Positions 9,375 to 19,219 of a stretch of DNA of 40,111 nucleotides are shown here, one piece after another. Position 1 is the stretch's first letter. Every line of letters starts with the position of its first letter. The position numbers were made by a program, and so were the translations under genes. The notes below the pieces were generated by a model, which saw only the letters and a program-made list of their open reading frames with translations, searched no databases and had not been told where the DNA came from. Source of the stretch: a virus (Duplodnaviria > Caudoviricetes); IMG/VR virus record IMGVR_UViG_3300031912_000032, positions 1 through 40,111 of that record. One strand, given 5' to 3'.

Positions 9375-12319
9375 TGGCTGACATTTTTGTAGGCTCCGTC
9401 TCTGTGGGCGTTGTACCGGATGCCCGAGGATGGCAGCGCTCTCTCCAGGCCCAGCTAGTACCATCCTCTCAGCTAGTCGGCCAGCAGGTAGGCAACAATA
9501 TATCAAGCGGCATTGTACAGAGTCTTGGCAGTAACAAGACAAGGATGGCTAAGGCCGGAGCGGAAAATGCCGGTGCTTTCTCGGAAGGTTTTAAGAAACG
9601 GCTAGAGGCTGCGCTCAAGACACTGCCCGATGTGAAGATCGATGCCGACTCTAGTAAGGCTGACCGGAGGATTGCTGAGCTACGTGCAAGGATGACAGAG
9701 ATTCTCTCAAAGGAGATAGGAGTAGACCTTTCCGGTAAAGAGGCAATGGCTGAGATTGGGAAGATTGATGCCGGGCTAAAGATACTCAGCAAGGATGCTG
9801 ATATCAGGGTGCGGTTTGATGCTAAGTCCGCTCGCGCAGAGATAGCAAAGCTCAAGTCTGATATCAGCGGGACAGCCGGACAGCGTGGCGGGATACTCGG
9901 CTCACTCCAGAATATTATTCCTGGCATGGGCGGTGTGGGCGGTGCCGCCGGACAGGCTGCCGGTGGAGGTGGGGGATTCGGCGGATTCGGTCTTACTAAC
10001 CCATACGTTCTTGGCGGTGGTGCCGCCGCACTTGCGGGCATACTTCCGTTCGCCGGCCAGGCTCTAGCGGGCACGATAGTTGGTGGCCTAGGTACCGGGC
10101 TCGCGGGTATTGGAGCGGCCGGAGCCTTTGGCCTAGGGACGACTCCGGCTAATCCGGCACAAATGATGGCTGCCCAGCTAGCTGTTACAAAGGCTCAGGA
10201 TACCCTGAATAAGCTCCGGGCTAGTGGTAAGACTACAACGACTCAGCTAGCAGTCGCTCAGTCTCAGCTCGCAATTTCTCAGGCTAAGCTAACAGCCCTA
10301 CAGAAGGCAAACATAAATGAGACCACTAAGGGACAGCAGCAGGTACGTCAGGCATTTTCCAACCTCAAGACCAACGCGATAGCCGACCTTACTAAGATTG
10401 GCGCGGCGTTTGTCCCTGTAATGACGAATATCGCAAATACGGCCTCTAAGGTACTGGGGAAGATGACGCCAGTATTCTCCGGAGCTATAAGGATTATCGC
10501 TGGGCCCGTAGAGAAATTTGTAGATACCGTACTGAATGCCTTTGCCCGTCCGGCCGTTGTTAAGTCCATCCAGGACGTAGCTAACGCATTCGTCAAGATA
10601 CTCAATGCCTTTGCTCCTGATATACCTGGTATTGCCGACTCTCTCGCGCAGTCTATCTCCCGGATGGCTGATGCTGTCGCAAAGAACCCGAAGGCGATGG
10701 CGGACTTCCTTAACTTCCTGTTCCAGATTCCCATAGCTATCTTTGACGCTCTCGCCTGGCTTGCTAATCTCGCGACGTGGATTGAGACACACTGGGGTCC
10801 CCTATGGAAGAAAGTACGCAAGCCCGCGACCGATGCCATGAAGTTTATCGTTTCAGACATCAAGGGATTCGCAGATCTCGTTATTGGCATATTCAAGATC
10901 CTGATTGATATCATTACCTTCCACTGGGGCAATCTCTGGCGCGACCTGAAGAACCTAACCAGGCAGGAATGGAACAACCTACGCAACATGTTCCATGACG
11001 GTCTTAGCCTTATTGGAGACCTCTTCCATAACCAGTGGCATTCAATCCTGAACTTCCTCCATATTATCTGGAATGATATCAGGTCCCTATCAGAGAATGT
11101 CTGGAACAGTATCTGGAACAATACCATTGGCCGGGCAATTCGCGGAGGTCATGACCTTGAGGTTATCTTCAATGATGTCAAGGCACGGGTTATCCAGTAC
11201 TGGCACGATGTTCAGTCGGGCTCTGAGAACATCTGGAATTCGATATGGAACAATACAATCGGCCGGGCTATCCGTGGATGGCACGATCTGATGAATGTGT
11301 TCACTCGCCTCAAGAGCGACGTAATCAACTGGTTTCATGATGCAGCCAACTGGCTTACCTCGGCCGGATCGAATATTATCAGCGGGCTCTATAATGGCAT
11401 CCTGAGTGCTATCAAGGGAGTCGGCTCCTGGATCAATAACAATGTAGTCCAGCCAGTAGTCAATGCCGTAAAGCACTTCTTTGGGATTGCCTCGCCATCG
11501 ACGGTTATGATTGGAATAGGTAAGGCGATTACGGCCGGGCTCCTTCACGGTATCTTCTCTGCCGGCGACCTAAAGAATTTTGTCGGCAAGGTATTTGGCG
11601 GATGGCCGCAGGCCCTAGGTGCGCTTGTTAACAAGTCGCTGGTTAATATCGCTAAACTCCCGCAGAAGGCTCTACAGGCCCTAGGGTCATTCGCCGGTAA
11701 GGTCGGGAGTAAGATCAGTGGTTTCTTTAGCAAGGTATTTGGTGGTGGAGGAGGCTCCGGGGTTCAGCGCTGGGCCGGAGTAGTCGCCCAGGCCCTATCC
11801 ATGCTTGGGCTCCCGCTTTCCCTTGCCGGGCAGGTTCTCTATCAGATGCAGACGGAATCCGGAGGCGATCCTAATGCGATCAACCTAACAGACATTAACG
11901 CACAGATGGGTGATCCGTCGCGAGGACTTCTCCAGACGATTATGTCAACGTTTATGGCTTACCACGTACCGGGTACGTCAATGAATATCTATGACCCTCT
12001 CGCGAATGTCGCGGCCGCCATTAACTATGCGAGAGCCCGCTACGGGCCGACGCTAATGAGCGGTGGGATGGGTATGGGCTCCGGGCACGGTTATGATACC
12101 GGAGGCTGGCTTCCGACCGGGCTCTCTATGGCATACAACGGTACCGGCTCGCCGGAGCTAATCGTACCTCAGAAGCAGCTATCGGTAGCTGGCGGCACTC
12201 ATTACCACGCTCACTTTGACGGGCTTACCGGGCAGGCTATCGAGGGATACGTCCAGGGAGCATTTGCCGCAATGAATATTAGGGAAGGTCATCTAGCGAG
12301 AGTTGGGAGGCGACAGTGA
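9374..12319 (+). CDS. Tape measure protein with C-terminal lytic transglycosylase (SLT) domain
   Basis: 981 aa helical protein with Trp/Phe periodicity; SLT motifs ESGGDPNA, GLLQ, DPLANVAAAINYARARYG. Confidence 0.9.
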   Translation: MADIFVGSVSVGVVPDARGWQRSLQAQLVPSSQLVGQQVGNNISSGIVQSLGSNKTRMAKAGAENAGAFSEGFKKRLEAALKTLPDVKIDADSSKADRRIAELRARMTEILSKEIGVDLSGKEAMAEIGKIDAGLKILSKDADIRVRFDAKSARAEIAKLKSDISGTAGQRGGILGSLQNIIPGMGGVGGAAGQAAGGGGGFGGFGLTNPYVLGGGAAALAGILPFAGQALAGTIVGGLGTGLAGIGAAGAFGLGTTPANPAQMMAAQLAVTKAQDTLNKLRASGKTTTTQLAVAQSQLAISQAKLTALQKANINETTKGQQQVRQAFSNLKTNAIADLTKIGAAFVPVMTNIANTASKVLGKMTPVFSGAIRIIAGPVEKFVDTVLNAFARPAVVKSIQDVANAFVKILNAFAPDIPGIADSLAQSISRMADAVAKNPKAMADFLNFLFQIPIAIFDALAWLANLATWIETHWGPLWKKVRKPATDAMKFIVSDIKGFADLVIGIFKILIDIITFHWGNLWRDLKNLTRQEWNNLRNMFHDGLSLIGDLFHNQWHSILNFLHIIWNDIRSLSENVWNSIWNNTIGRAIRGGHDLEVIFNDVKARVIQYWHDVQSGSENIWNSIWNNTIGRAIRGWHDLMNVFTRLKSDVINWFHDAANWLTSAGSNIISGLYNGILSAIKGVGSWINNNVVQPVVNAVKHFFGIASPSTVMIGIGKAITAGLLHGIFSAGDLKNFVGKVFGGWPQALGALVNKSLVNIAKLPQKALQALGSFAGKVGSKISGFFSKVFGGGGGSGVQRWAGVVAQALSMLGLPLSLAGQVLYQMQTESGGDPNAINLTDINAQMGDPSRGLLQTIMSTFMAYHVPGTSMNIYDPLANVAAAINYARARYGPTLMSGGMGMGSGHGYDTGGWLPTGLSMAYNGTGSPELIVPQKQLSVAGGTHYHAHFDGLTGQAIEGYVQGAFAAMNIREGHLARVGRRQ

Positions 12320-13218
12320 CCCTAGCTCCGACGTATACAATACCGTACCTAAGTTATATTGACCCTGACGCTCATGAATGGATCTTGTCTGATCTCGGAC
12401 TTCCTAACGGCTATGTCTGTACTGGGATATCCGGAGCTACCGGCATCCCGGTATCGCTCCAGTCGATTCCCGTCCTAGGCGGTACGGCCGTCCCACTCCT
12501 CTACCTTCCGCAGCCGAATACACTTACCCTGGGCGTGTACCTAGAGACACCTCCAGGAGGTACGGAGAATGACTATTACAAATTGCTTGATGCTTTCGTC
12601 CGTGCCTTCTATAACCGGCGCAACGATGTACCGGCTCCGGGCTATCTTGTTGTTGGGCGTCCGGACGGTACGAAACGGCAGCTTGCGGTCTACTGTATTG
12701 CGGGCCTTGATACGGCCGATCACGGAATCCTGAATGCCGTTTACGGGCTAAGTCTTGAGGCTCCTGATCCACACTGGCAAGATCAGCAGGCCCAGCAGGT
12801 TCTCTATTCGCTCTCTACGGCTACCGGCATCCTCCCTCTCCTCCCGGTGTTCCTAGGTGGCGGTACAGTCCTAGGGACTTCCCTAGTCGTTAACGATGGG
12901 GGAGCTATCGCCTACCCGGTATGGACGATTACCGGACCTGGGACTCCAACGATCCAGAACATCACTACGGGCCGACAATGGTCTCTGGGTACCGCGATAC
13001 CAGCCGGGCAGATTGTGACAGTCAGTACCGTCCCTAATCAGCAATACGTCTATAACAATACGACGGCCACTTCATGGTGGAACAATCTTGTAATCTCAAC
13101 CTCTCGCGATCTATGGAGTCTACAGGTAGGAGATAATCAGATCAATATCCAGCTTTCTGGAGCTACCGCGAATAGTTCCATTCAGCTTAGCTGGACGAGG
13201 AGGTGGCAGCGGGCTTGA
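12316..13218 (+). CDS. Distal tail protein (Dit)/minor tail
   Basis: Follows TMP; LEAPDPHW, VNDGGAIAYPVWTITGP, LWSLQVGDNQI motifs. Confidence 0.8.
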   Translation: MTLAPTYTIPYLSYIDPDAHEWILSDLGLPNGYVCTGISGATGIPVSLQSIPVLGGTAVPLLYLPQPNTLTLGVYLETPPGGTENDYYKLLDAFVRAFYNRRNDVPAPGYLVVGRPDGTKRQLAVYCIAGLDTADHGILNAVYGLSLEAPDPHWQDQQAQQVLYSLSTATGILPLLPVFLGGGTVLGTSLVVNDGGAIAYPVWTITGPGTPTIQNITTGRQWSLGTAIPAGQIVTVSTVPNQQYVYNNTTATSWWNNLVISTSRDLWSLQVGDNQINIQLSGATANSSIQLSWTRRWQRA

Positions 13219-16109
13219 CTAATCCTGTTGTCGTATCGGTGGGTGTCGGCACCCGTAGTGTTACCGCTACCTGTGCCGGGACATATGCGCGTCCTCCGGC
13301 CGCAAATAACCTGCTTGTTGCGGCAGTAGCGGGTTCAGCTACGGCTACGGCTAACTGGGCCGTTGCGCAGCATTCCGGGACGACTGGATGGACTCTGGTT
13401 CCTGGAAGCTCAATCGGGAGTAACGGCGCGACTAGCTTCTGTGGAGTGGCATTCTTTACTAAGGTGGCGACTGGCTCGGATGCCGTTCCGTCCTTTGACT
13501 GTACGCTGGGGTCGGTCAATATTGGCTCTTGGTGTACTATATGGGAAATATGGAACCCTAACTCGTCTCCTATTGATACTGTCGGTACGGTGGCCGGTGG
13601 AGCTACGGCCGTCTCTAAGACTTCGCTGTCGGTCTCAACCTCGGCTTCGCCATCCGATCCTGGCGATATTGTCCTGTACGCTACCTCTACCGCACAGAGT
13701 ACCAATGGTCCTGCTACCTATTCGCGAGCCGGTAACGCATCGGCCGATGTCGCGAATGATGGCGGTAATGCCTATAACACCCATTTTGATTTCCAGGGGT
13801 ACTGGGGCCAGCGCTGTTCTACTACGTCTGTAATGACTATGGCGCCAGCGCTATCCAACGCCCAGCCTGTCTTCTGGTCCGGAGCTATAGTCTGTATTCT
13901 TGGCGGGACGGCTACGGCTCCGGCCGGTGCGCCCGCTCCGGTAGGAGGCCCGTGGACTAACATGGGATCTCCTGCTACGTCGCTGGATATTGTCTGCGGT
14001 TATGTAGGCGACGTTATCATTGTTGCTAGCAAGGTCAGTAACGCAACCAATAATGTGAGCGGCGTATCCGACTCTGCGGGCCTTACTACTGGCTGGACCA
14101 AGATCCTGGGGCCATTTACCGACACAAGTGCCTCGCCACATACCCAGGACATCTGGATGGGCCAGGTTACCGGGACAGGGAATACTACCCTTAACTTTAC
14201 GTTCAGTTCAGCCATCGGCTCTGCCGGAACTGAATTTGACGCGATTGAGTTTTCTAACGGGCAGGGGAGTGTAGCCGGACAGTCGGACTGGACTACATGG
14301 TCGTCCGATAAGGGAAGTACGCAGAATAACACGACGGCTAGCACGACGGTATCCTGGCCGGCTATTGCGCCGGCAAAGATCAACGGCGAGATATTCATCG
14401 GCAAGGCCCGTATCCCGTCCGGAGGCCCGTACGGAGCCGTAACCCCTGCTCCACTCGGGAATGTCAAGAATTCAAATAACAACCCAGTCCTCTTCAATTC
14501 CGGCGGTGCCGTAACAACATCGACTAGCGCATCGCTTGCCGATCAGGCTTCAGCGGCATCGTACGTTGTCCAGGCTCTAGTTAGCCAGGCCGTAACATTT
14601 CCCGTAGCAGGATCATCATCAACGGCTAGTCCTGCGTCAGGAACGCTTGGCTCAGGGATGGTAACAGCAGGCTCGTCATCGGCTAGCAGTTCTGCTTCCG
14701 GGACGTTTACCGGTGCGATTCCTACAGCCGCTTCCTCGGTAACGGCTACGGTCGCGAGCGGGACGTTTAGCGGCGGGCAGCTAGCTATATCAGGATCGTC
14801 ACCAGCTAGCTCGTATGCTGAGGGTGCCTTTACGGCCGTTTACGCTATATCCGGGCAGTCTAGCACCCAGTCTGCTGCTTACGGGCCTGCTTTTGCTAGT
14901 TCCGTATTTGTACCTCCTCCAGGAGGTTCTCAGCTACCTATCACAATTTACTGGTATGACGCTAACTTTAATCTTAGGGGAATTATTCCGTTCTACTCAA
15001 TCGTTGCTACGCTCAACTACAACGCAGCCGGCTCCTGGGTTATCGTCCTCCCATACTCGCAGGATATGTGGAACATGGTTATGTCCGGCGATATCATTAT
15101 TCATGTCGACTGGATGGGCCTTTATCAGTTTGGCGGCAAATGCGAACAGCCGGAATACTCCGACTCAATACCCGGCTCACGCGGGGCAGGTACGTCGCCT
15201 GGTAAGTTCATTACCCTGTCGGGTGCCGATTACCTCGGGATTATCGCTAACCGGATTGCCTACCCGGCTCCGGCTACGCTATGGACCGGGCAGACAGGCA
15301 CGGCTAAGGATTCAGTTACGGCAGTAGCCTGTGAGACGGCAATCAAACATTATGTTACCAATAACCTCGGCTCCGGAGCCGTAGCGTCGCGACGTGTAGC
15401 ATTCCTGACTATTGCGGCAGACTTGCATAGAGGAGCGAACGTTAGCTACACGGTTCAGTTCCTGAGTGGCGTTGATCTCAACCTCATGGATATCATCCGG
15501 ACGCTAACGATTAACGGTGGCCCGCTAGGGGTGAAGGTTACTAAGAGCGGAGCCGGGCTTGTCTTTGACTGCTATGTACCTCGCGACCTATCTAAGACTG
15601 CCTGGTTTAGCGAAGCCCTAGGCAACCTAACGTCCGTCGCTCTCTCGATAACCGACCCAACCGTAACTAATGCGCTGGTCCAGGGAGCTTCTACTTTCTA
15701 TGAGGCGAACACTACATATCCGAGTATGTGGGATAGGGTAGAGGACTTTGTAGACCAGTCGAGCCAGACGGATTCGGTTCAGGTTCAGCAGAGTGGGATA
15801 GCGGCTCTAGGTGGAGGTGCGGCCGGGCCTTCACTCTCCGTTACCGCATCCGACATCCCGTACCTAACGTTTGGACGTGACTATGGGCTAGGCGATACGG
15901 TAACGGTAGAGGTTGTACCGGGAGTAACGTATCAGGATATTGTAAGCTCCGTTACCCTAACGGCTGACCCATCCCAGCAACCGCCCATATTTGTTGTCCC
16001 AACGATAGGCGCGAGCCAGTCCGTTACGGCTTCCGATTCAAAGGTAATATCACACCTGCTCGCTCGCGTACGGCTACTGGAAAAGAAACTAGCGGCACAG
16101 AGAGGTTAG
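13215..16109 (+). CDS. Minor tail protein: C-terminal siphovirus Gp37-like hub domain with ~570-aa N-terminal extension
   Basis: TTG 13215 after GAGGAGG overlaps the Dit stop. C-terminal ~390 aa carry NAAGSW...FGRDYGLGDTVTV...RVRLLEK; the N-terminus has beta-rich domains plus SGSS repeats. Confidence 0.75.
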   Translation: MTNPVVVSVGVGTRSVTATCAGTYARPPAANNLLVAAVAGSATATANWAVAQHSGTTGWTLVPGSSIGSNGATSFCGVAFFTKVATGSDAVPSFDCTLGSVNIGSWCTIWEIWNPNSSPIDTVGTVAGGATAVSKTSLSVSTSASPSDPGDIVLYATSTAQSTNGPATYSRAGNASADVANDGGNAYNTHFDFQGYWGQRCSTTSVMTMAPALSNAQPVFWSGAIVCILGGTATAPAGAPAPVGGPWTNMGSPATSLDIVCGYVGDVIIVASKVSNATNNVSGVSDSAGLTTGWTKILGPFTDTSASPHTQDIWMGQVTGTGNTTLNFTFSSAIGSAGTEFDAIEFSNGQGSVAGQSDWTTWSSDKGSTQNNTTASTTVSWPAIAPAKINGEIFIGKARIPSGGPYGAVTPAPLGNVKNSNNNPVLFNSGGAVTTSTSASLADQASAASYVVQALVSQAVTFPVAGSSSTASPASGTLGSGMVTAGSSSASSSASGTFTGAIPTAASSVTATVASGTFSGGQLAISGSSPASSYAEGAFTAVYAISGQSSTQSAAYGPAFASSVFVPPPGGSQLPITIYWYDANFNLRGIIPFYSIVATLNYNAAGSWVIVLPYSQDMWNMVMSGDIIIHVDWMGLYQFGGKCEQPEYSDSIPGSRGAGTSPGKFITLSGADYLGIIANRIAYPAPATLWTGQTGTAKDSVTAVACETAIKHYVTNNLGSGAVASRRVAFLTIAADLHRGANVSYTVQFLSGVDLNLMDIIRTLTINGGPLGVKVTKSGAGLVFDCYVPRDLSKTAWFSEALGNLTSVALSITDPTVTNALVQGASTFYEANTTYPSMWDRVEDFVDQSSQTDSVQVQQSGIAALGGGAAGPSLSVTASDIPYLTFGRDYGLGDTVTVEVVPGVTYQDIVSSVTLTADPSQQPPIFVVPTIGASQSVTASDSKVISHLLARVRLLEKKLAAQRG

Positions 16110-16110
16110 T

Positions 16111-16932
16111 ATGGTTACTTATGACGGACGACCAAGCCCGTTCACTCAGCTAACGTCCACATCTGACTGGGAATCGCTCTTCTCATCGGCCGGTATCGCG
16201 GACGGTATCGACAATGTCAATAGCGCAGGCCTTGCACCTTCCCTGGATACCCCAGGCCGTAACGCAGTCATGACGGCCGGCCAGTGCGTTATCAAGGGTG
16301 CGCTATGGCGCGCTGATGCCTCCGTCTCTACGCCTATTCCGGCCGCGTCCGCACAGAATAGGTATGACAGGCTAGTAATTCAGCTTAGCCGTGCGGCCGC
16401 AACAAGCCCAGCTTACGTCCAGCCGGTTATCGTTCAGGGCACTCCGGGAGCGAGCCCGGCTGTCCCGCCACTCATCCAGAACCCTACCGGCATATTTCAG
16501 ATTCCGGTTAGCCATTGGCTATCCCAGTCTACCGGCGCACTCTCTGCTCTTGTCGATGAGCGTGACTTTGTGTTTGACGTCTGGCATAACTTCCCGGCTC
16601 CTCTTCCGTCTGGCTTCGCGAATAGCGGTTCATGCCGGTACAAGATGGTCCAGTCAAGGTATGTCTTTCTTCACTTCGCTGTAACGGTATCTACCGGAGC
16701 CGCATCCGGAGGCCCGGCTCTATATCAGATGCCAGTGGCCTACTCACCTACCGTAGCACAGAGGATGTCGGGAATGGGATATTACGCCAACGGGCAGATT
16801 ACCCCAAGTATCGCGAGCATGCGAGGTTCCGTCAATACGGACGGGACGATTCAGCTACTTGGCTTTCCTGGTGGTGCGGTCAACACCGGCATTACTGAGA
16901 TCGACTATAGCGGGTACTATGCGCTTGACTAA
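16111..16932 (+). CDS. Minor tail protein
   Basis: NRYDRLVIQL...VQGTPGASPAVPPL...FQIPV...VDERDF pattern of actinophage baseplate/minor tail proteins. Confidence 0.75.
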   Translation: MVTYDGRPSPFTQLTSTSDWESLFSSAGIADGIDNVNSAGLAPSLDTPGRNAVMTAGQCVIKGALWRADASVSTPIPAASAQNRYDRLVIQLSRAAATSPAYVQPVIVQGTPGASPAVPPLIQNPTGIFQIPVSHWLSQSTGALSALVDERDFVFDVWHNFPAPLPSGFANSGSCRYKMVQSRYVFLHFAVTVSTGAASGGPALYQMPVAYSPTVAQRMSGMGYYANGQITPSIASMRGSVNTDGTIQLLGFPGGAVNTGITEIDYSGYYALD

Positions 16933-17200
16933 GCTCCGTGTATCGGTAGACCTTGTTGCGCTAGTCCTCGCGATAGCGCTAGGGCTCGCGACAGTCCTCC
17001 TTATAATCGTGGTGATGATAAACGTTATCGACCATCAGACTCCGACACAGACGCTAGGCGAGAATGCGACGCAGGTAATTACGACAGTAGTTGGTGGCCT
17101 TATCGGAGTCCTTGGAGGGTACGTCGGAGCGCGGGTAAACCAGCGCAACAGTAATAACAGTGATGGGGATAGGAGGGATGATGGCAAGGGGATGTCTTAA
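16919..17200 (+). CDS. Putative holin (2 TM segments)
   Basis: Two hydrophobic segments and a charged C-terminal tail, just upstream of the endolysin. Confidence 0.55.
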   Translation: MRLTKLRVSVDLVALVLAIALGLATVLLIIVVMINVIDHQTPTQTLGENATQVITTVVGGLIGVLGGYVGARVNQRNSNNSDGDRRDDGKGMS

Positions 17201-17236
17201 CTGGCTGCCTGATCAGGTGATCAGCTGGCTAAGGCG

Positions 17237-17242
17237 TATACT
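17237..17242 (+). promoter_or_regulatory. Putative -10 box TATACT upstream of the endolysin unit
   Basis: TATACT lies 20 nt before a strong RBS/ATG (GAGGAGG...ATG 17262). Confidence 0.4.
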
Positions 17243-17261
17243 AATCGGAGAGGAGGAACAA

Positions 17262-17483
17262 ATGCCCATCAAAGAACGTCGCAGAATCCGGGATGGTGAT
17301 GAATACACCATCGATGAGGATGTGGAGCTGGAGGAAGTACCTCCTCGTCCGGAGCCTCCGGTAGAGGTCCAGGGAGAGCCATGGGGCTGGACAAAGCCTG
17401 GGCCTAGACCAAAGGGATGGCGCGAGGACGGCCGGTATGGGCCGGACGATGGCCCTAGCGAGCAGGAGGGAAGATGGCCCTAA
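17262..17483 (+). CDS. Hypothetical Pro/Glu-rich protein (73 aa)
   Basis: Strong RBS; 3' end overlaps the endolysin start. Confidence 0.55.
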   Translation: MPIKERRRIRDGDEYTIDEDVELEEVPPRPEPPVEVQGEPWGWTKPGPRPKGWREDGRYGPDDGPSEQEGRWP

Positions 17484-18334
17484 CTCGCGTATGGACGCCT
17501 AGCGGTAACTACTCCGGGGGAAGTACCAAGCGGCTCATCGTTATCCATACGATGGAAGGCTTCACCGGGAGCAACGGAGCCTATGACTGTGCCAAGTATT
17601 TCCAGACGGACTGTGGCGCTAGCTCACACGTCTGTATCGACAATAACCGGGGGAAGGTCTGGGAATGCGTTAGCCGTGGGAACGGCGCATGGACGCAGTG
17701 TAACTACAACTCCGTCTCCGTTAGCGCGGAGCAGAGCGGGTATGCCTCATGGAGCCGGGACTACTGGCTTAACAACCGGTCAAACCAGCTACATAACATG
17801 GCCGACTGGATTGCCGAGGAGAGCAAGAAGCTCAGCATCCCGATAACGGACCTTTCATCTAGCCAGGCACAGGGCGGGTCATGGGGAGTCTGTTACCATT
17901 CGGAGCTAGGCTCATCCGGATGCGGGCATTCTGATCCAGGAGCTGGGTTCCCACTAGACAAAGTCCTTGAATGGGCCAGGGGTGGGACGACTACGCCGCC
18001 ACCAGTAGAAGAGGAAGAGGAGGAGGACGACATGGGGACATTCTGTTTTATACCGCCATTCGACGGCAAGGACGTAGGCGTCTCACTCGACAAGTATTAT
18101 ACGCACGTAGGATTCTGTTGCGATCCTGGCCGAGTTGGCGGTGGCACCGTCTCCGTCCGCGTCGCATGGCACATAGTTGGGACGGGACCTAACCAGTTCC
18201 GTACTCAGACCATCAATCTCGATACCGACAATCCGAAGGGACACGTCAACTTTACTGGCGGTAATGTGGACGGATGTAGCTTCCTCCGCAACGATGAACT
18301 ACCAATCACCCTCTTTCCCAACTTCGGGATGTAG
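17474..18334 (+). CDS. Endolysin, N-acetylmuramoyl-L-alanine amidase (Amidase_2)
   Basis: IVIHTMEG, SSH, SVSAEQ, CYHSELG...HSDPG Zn-amidase motifs; PPPVEEEEEEDDM linker to a C-terminal domain. Confidence 0.85.
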   Translation: MALTRVWTPSGNYSGGSTKRLIVIHTMEGFTGSNGAYDCAKYFQTDCGASSHVCIDNNRGKVWECVSRGNGAWTQCNYNSVSVSAEQSGYASWSRDYWLNNRSNQLHNMADWIAEESKKLSIPITDLSSSQAQGGSWGVCYHSELGSSGCGHSDPGAGFPLDKVLEWARGGTTTPPPVEEEEEEDDMGTFCFIPPFDGKDVGVSLDKYYTHVGFCCDPGRVGGGTVSVRVAWHIVGTGPNQFRTQTINLDTDNPKGHVNFTGGNVDGCSFLRNDELPITLFPNFGM

Positions 18335-18348
18335 CTGAAAGGAAGACA

Positions 18349-18513
18349 ATGTCATACGTACCTGTCAATCTGTGGGTCCCGGATACCGTAGAAGGCCCCA
18401 CCGTCACATCCGTCAACCTCAAGCTCTGTGAGACGTGCCATGCTCCAATTCCGGAAGATCTGATGGATGATCACGTCGCGAAGTCCCATCAGCAAGCGCC
18501 CACACCTACGTAA
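18349..18513 (+). CDS. 54-aa C2H2-like zinc-finger microprotein
   Basis: Not in the ORF track. RBS AAAGGAAG; MSYVPVNLW...LCETCHAPIPEDLMDDHVAKSHQQAPTPT fills the gap exactly. Confidence 0.6.
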   Translation: MSYVPVNLWVPDTVEGPTVTSVNLKLCETCHAPIPEDLMDDHVAKSHQQAPTPT

Positions 18514-18522
18514 GGAGCGGGC

Positions 18523-18801
18523 ATGGCTGTCAGCGCAGACATGAGTGTGGATAACGCAAATCCTGCTCATGGCGATACCATTACCGTTACCTATACGGTC
18601 ACTGGCAACGATGCCATTCCCCCGCAAGGAGCAACGATCGGTGGCCGTGTCGTGGTCGGAGGCGAGCCATTCGACCTTTCGGCATCAGTCACTATGCCGG
18701 GTACTCCGGCCGCTCCGGAACAGTATGCGGAGCCGGTCCTAGCCGGAGTTAACTTCAGTGCTACGGCTAATCCGGCCGTATGGACGGCCGTGATTCCGTG
18801 A
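18523..18801 (+). CDS. Hypothetical Ig-like protein (92 aa)
   Basis: RBS AAGGAG; VDNANPAHGDTITVTYTV pattern. Confidence 0.6.
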   Translation: MAVSADMSVDNANPAHGDTITVTYTVTGNDAIPPQGATIGGRVVVGGEPFDLSASVTMPGTPAAPEQYAEPVLAGVNFSATANPAVWTAVIP

Positions 18802-18938
18802 GTGAGATCAAAGGCTCCGTTACCATTGGCGGAGTCACATACCTCACGAGTGTCCCGGTTACCCTACCGGAGCCCGTACAGGCAGAGGAGGTGACCCGTG
18901 AAGAAGGTGCTACTCGCGCTTCACCCGTTCACAGATGA
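18798..18938 (+). CDS. 46-aa microprotein, partial paralog of the preceding gene
   Basis: GTGA overlap; MSEIKGSVTIGGVTYLTSVPVTLPEP... Confidence 0.4.
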   Translation: MSEIKGSVTIGGVTYLTSVPVTLPEPVQAEEVTREEGATRASPVHR

Positions 18939-19071
18939 GAAGGCACAGACCGTGGCCGACGATATCCGGAACCGTGGGGACATCTACTACACGGATGCCT
19001 CCGGCTCTACCGTCAACGTAACGGTAGGGGACGTTACCGTGGAGGACGTGCCAGAGCAGGTAGGCCAATGA
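18898..19071 (+). CDS. 57-aa hypothetical protein
   Basis: RBS GAGGAGG plus GTG; MKKVLLALHPFTDEKAQ...VTVEDVPEQVGQ. Confidence 0.55.
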   Translation: MKKVLLALHPFTDEKAQTVADDIRNRGDIYYTDASGSTVNVTVGDVTVEDVPEQVGQ

Positions 19072-19219
19072 CCTGGTGGTACTGGCTGCTGGTCGCGGTG
19101 CTCGCGCTCGGGACGCTCGCGTTCTTTGCACTGCTGGCATACGTGATCCACCTGCTCGCCCACGTGTGGAACCCGTGATGGCCAGGCATTGCGGGGGCGT
19201 TACTGTGGAGGATGTGCCA
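19027..19219 (+). repeat. 27-bp imperfect direct repeat (19027-19053 and 19193-19219)
   Basis: ggggacgttaccgtggaggacgtgcca vs gggggcgttactgtggaggatgtgcca, 24/27 identical. Confidence 0.75.
19068..19178 (+). CDS. 36-aa single-pass membrane microprotein
   Basis: ATGA overlap; MTWWYWLLVAVLALGTLAFFALLAYVIHLLAHVWNP. Confidence 0.6.
   Translation: MTWWYWLLVAVLALGTLAFFALLAYVIHLLAHVWNP

Noticed and set aside
11090-11290. 44-aa internal repeat in the tape measure (SENxWNSIWNNTIGRAIRGxHDL twice)
   Set aside because: A multiple of the ordinary 11-residue TMP periodicity.
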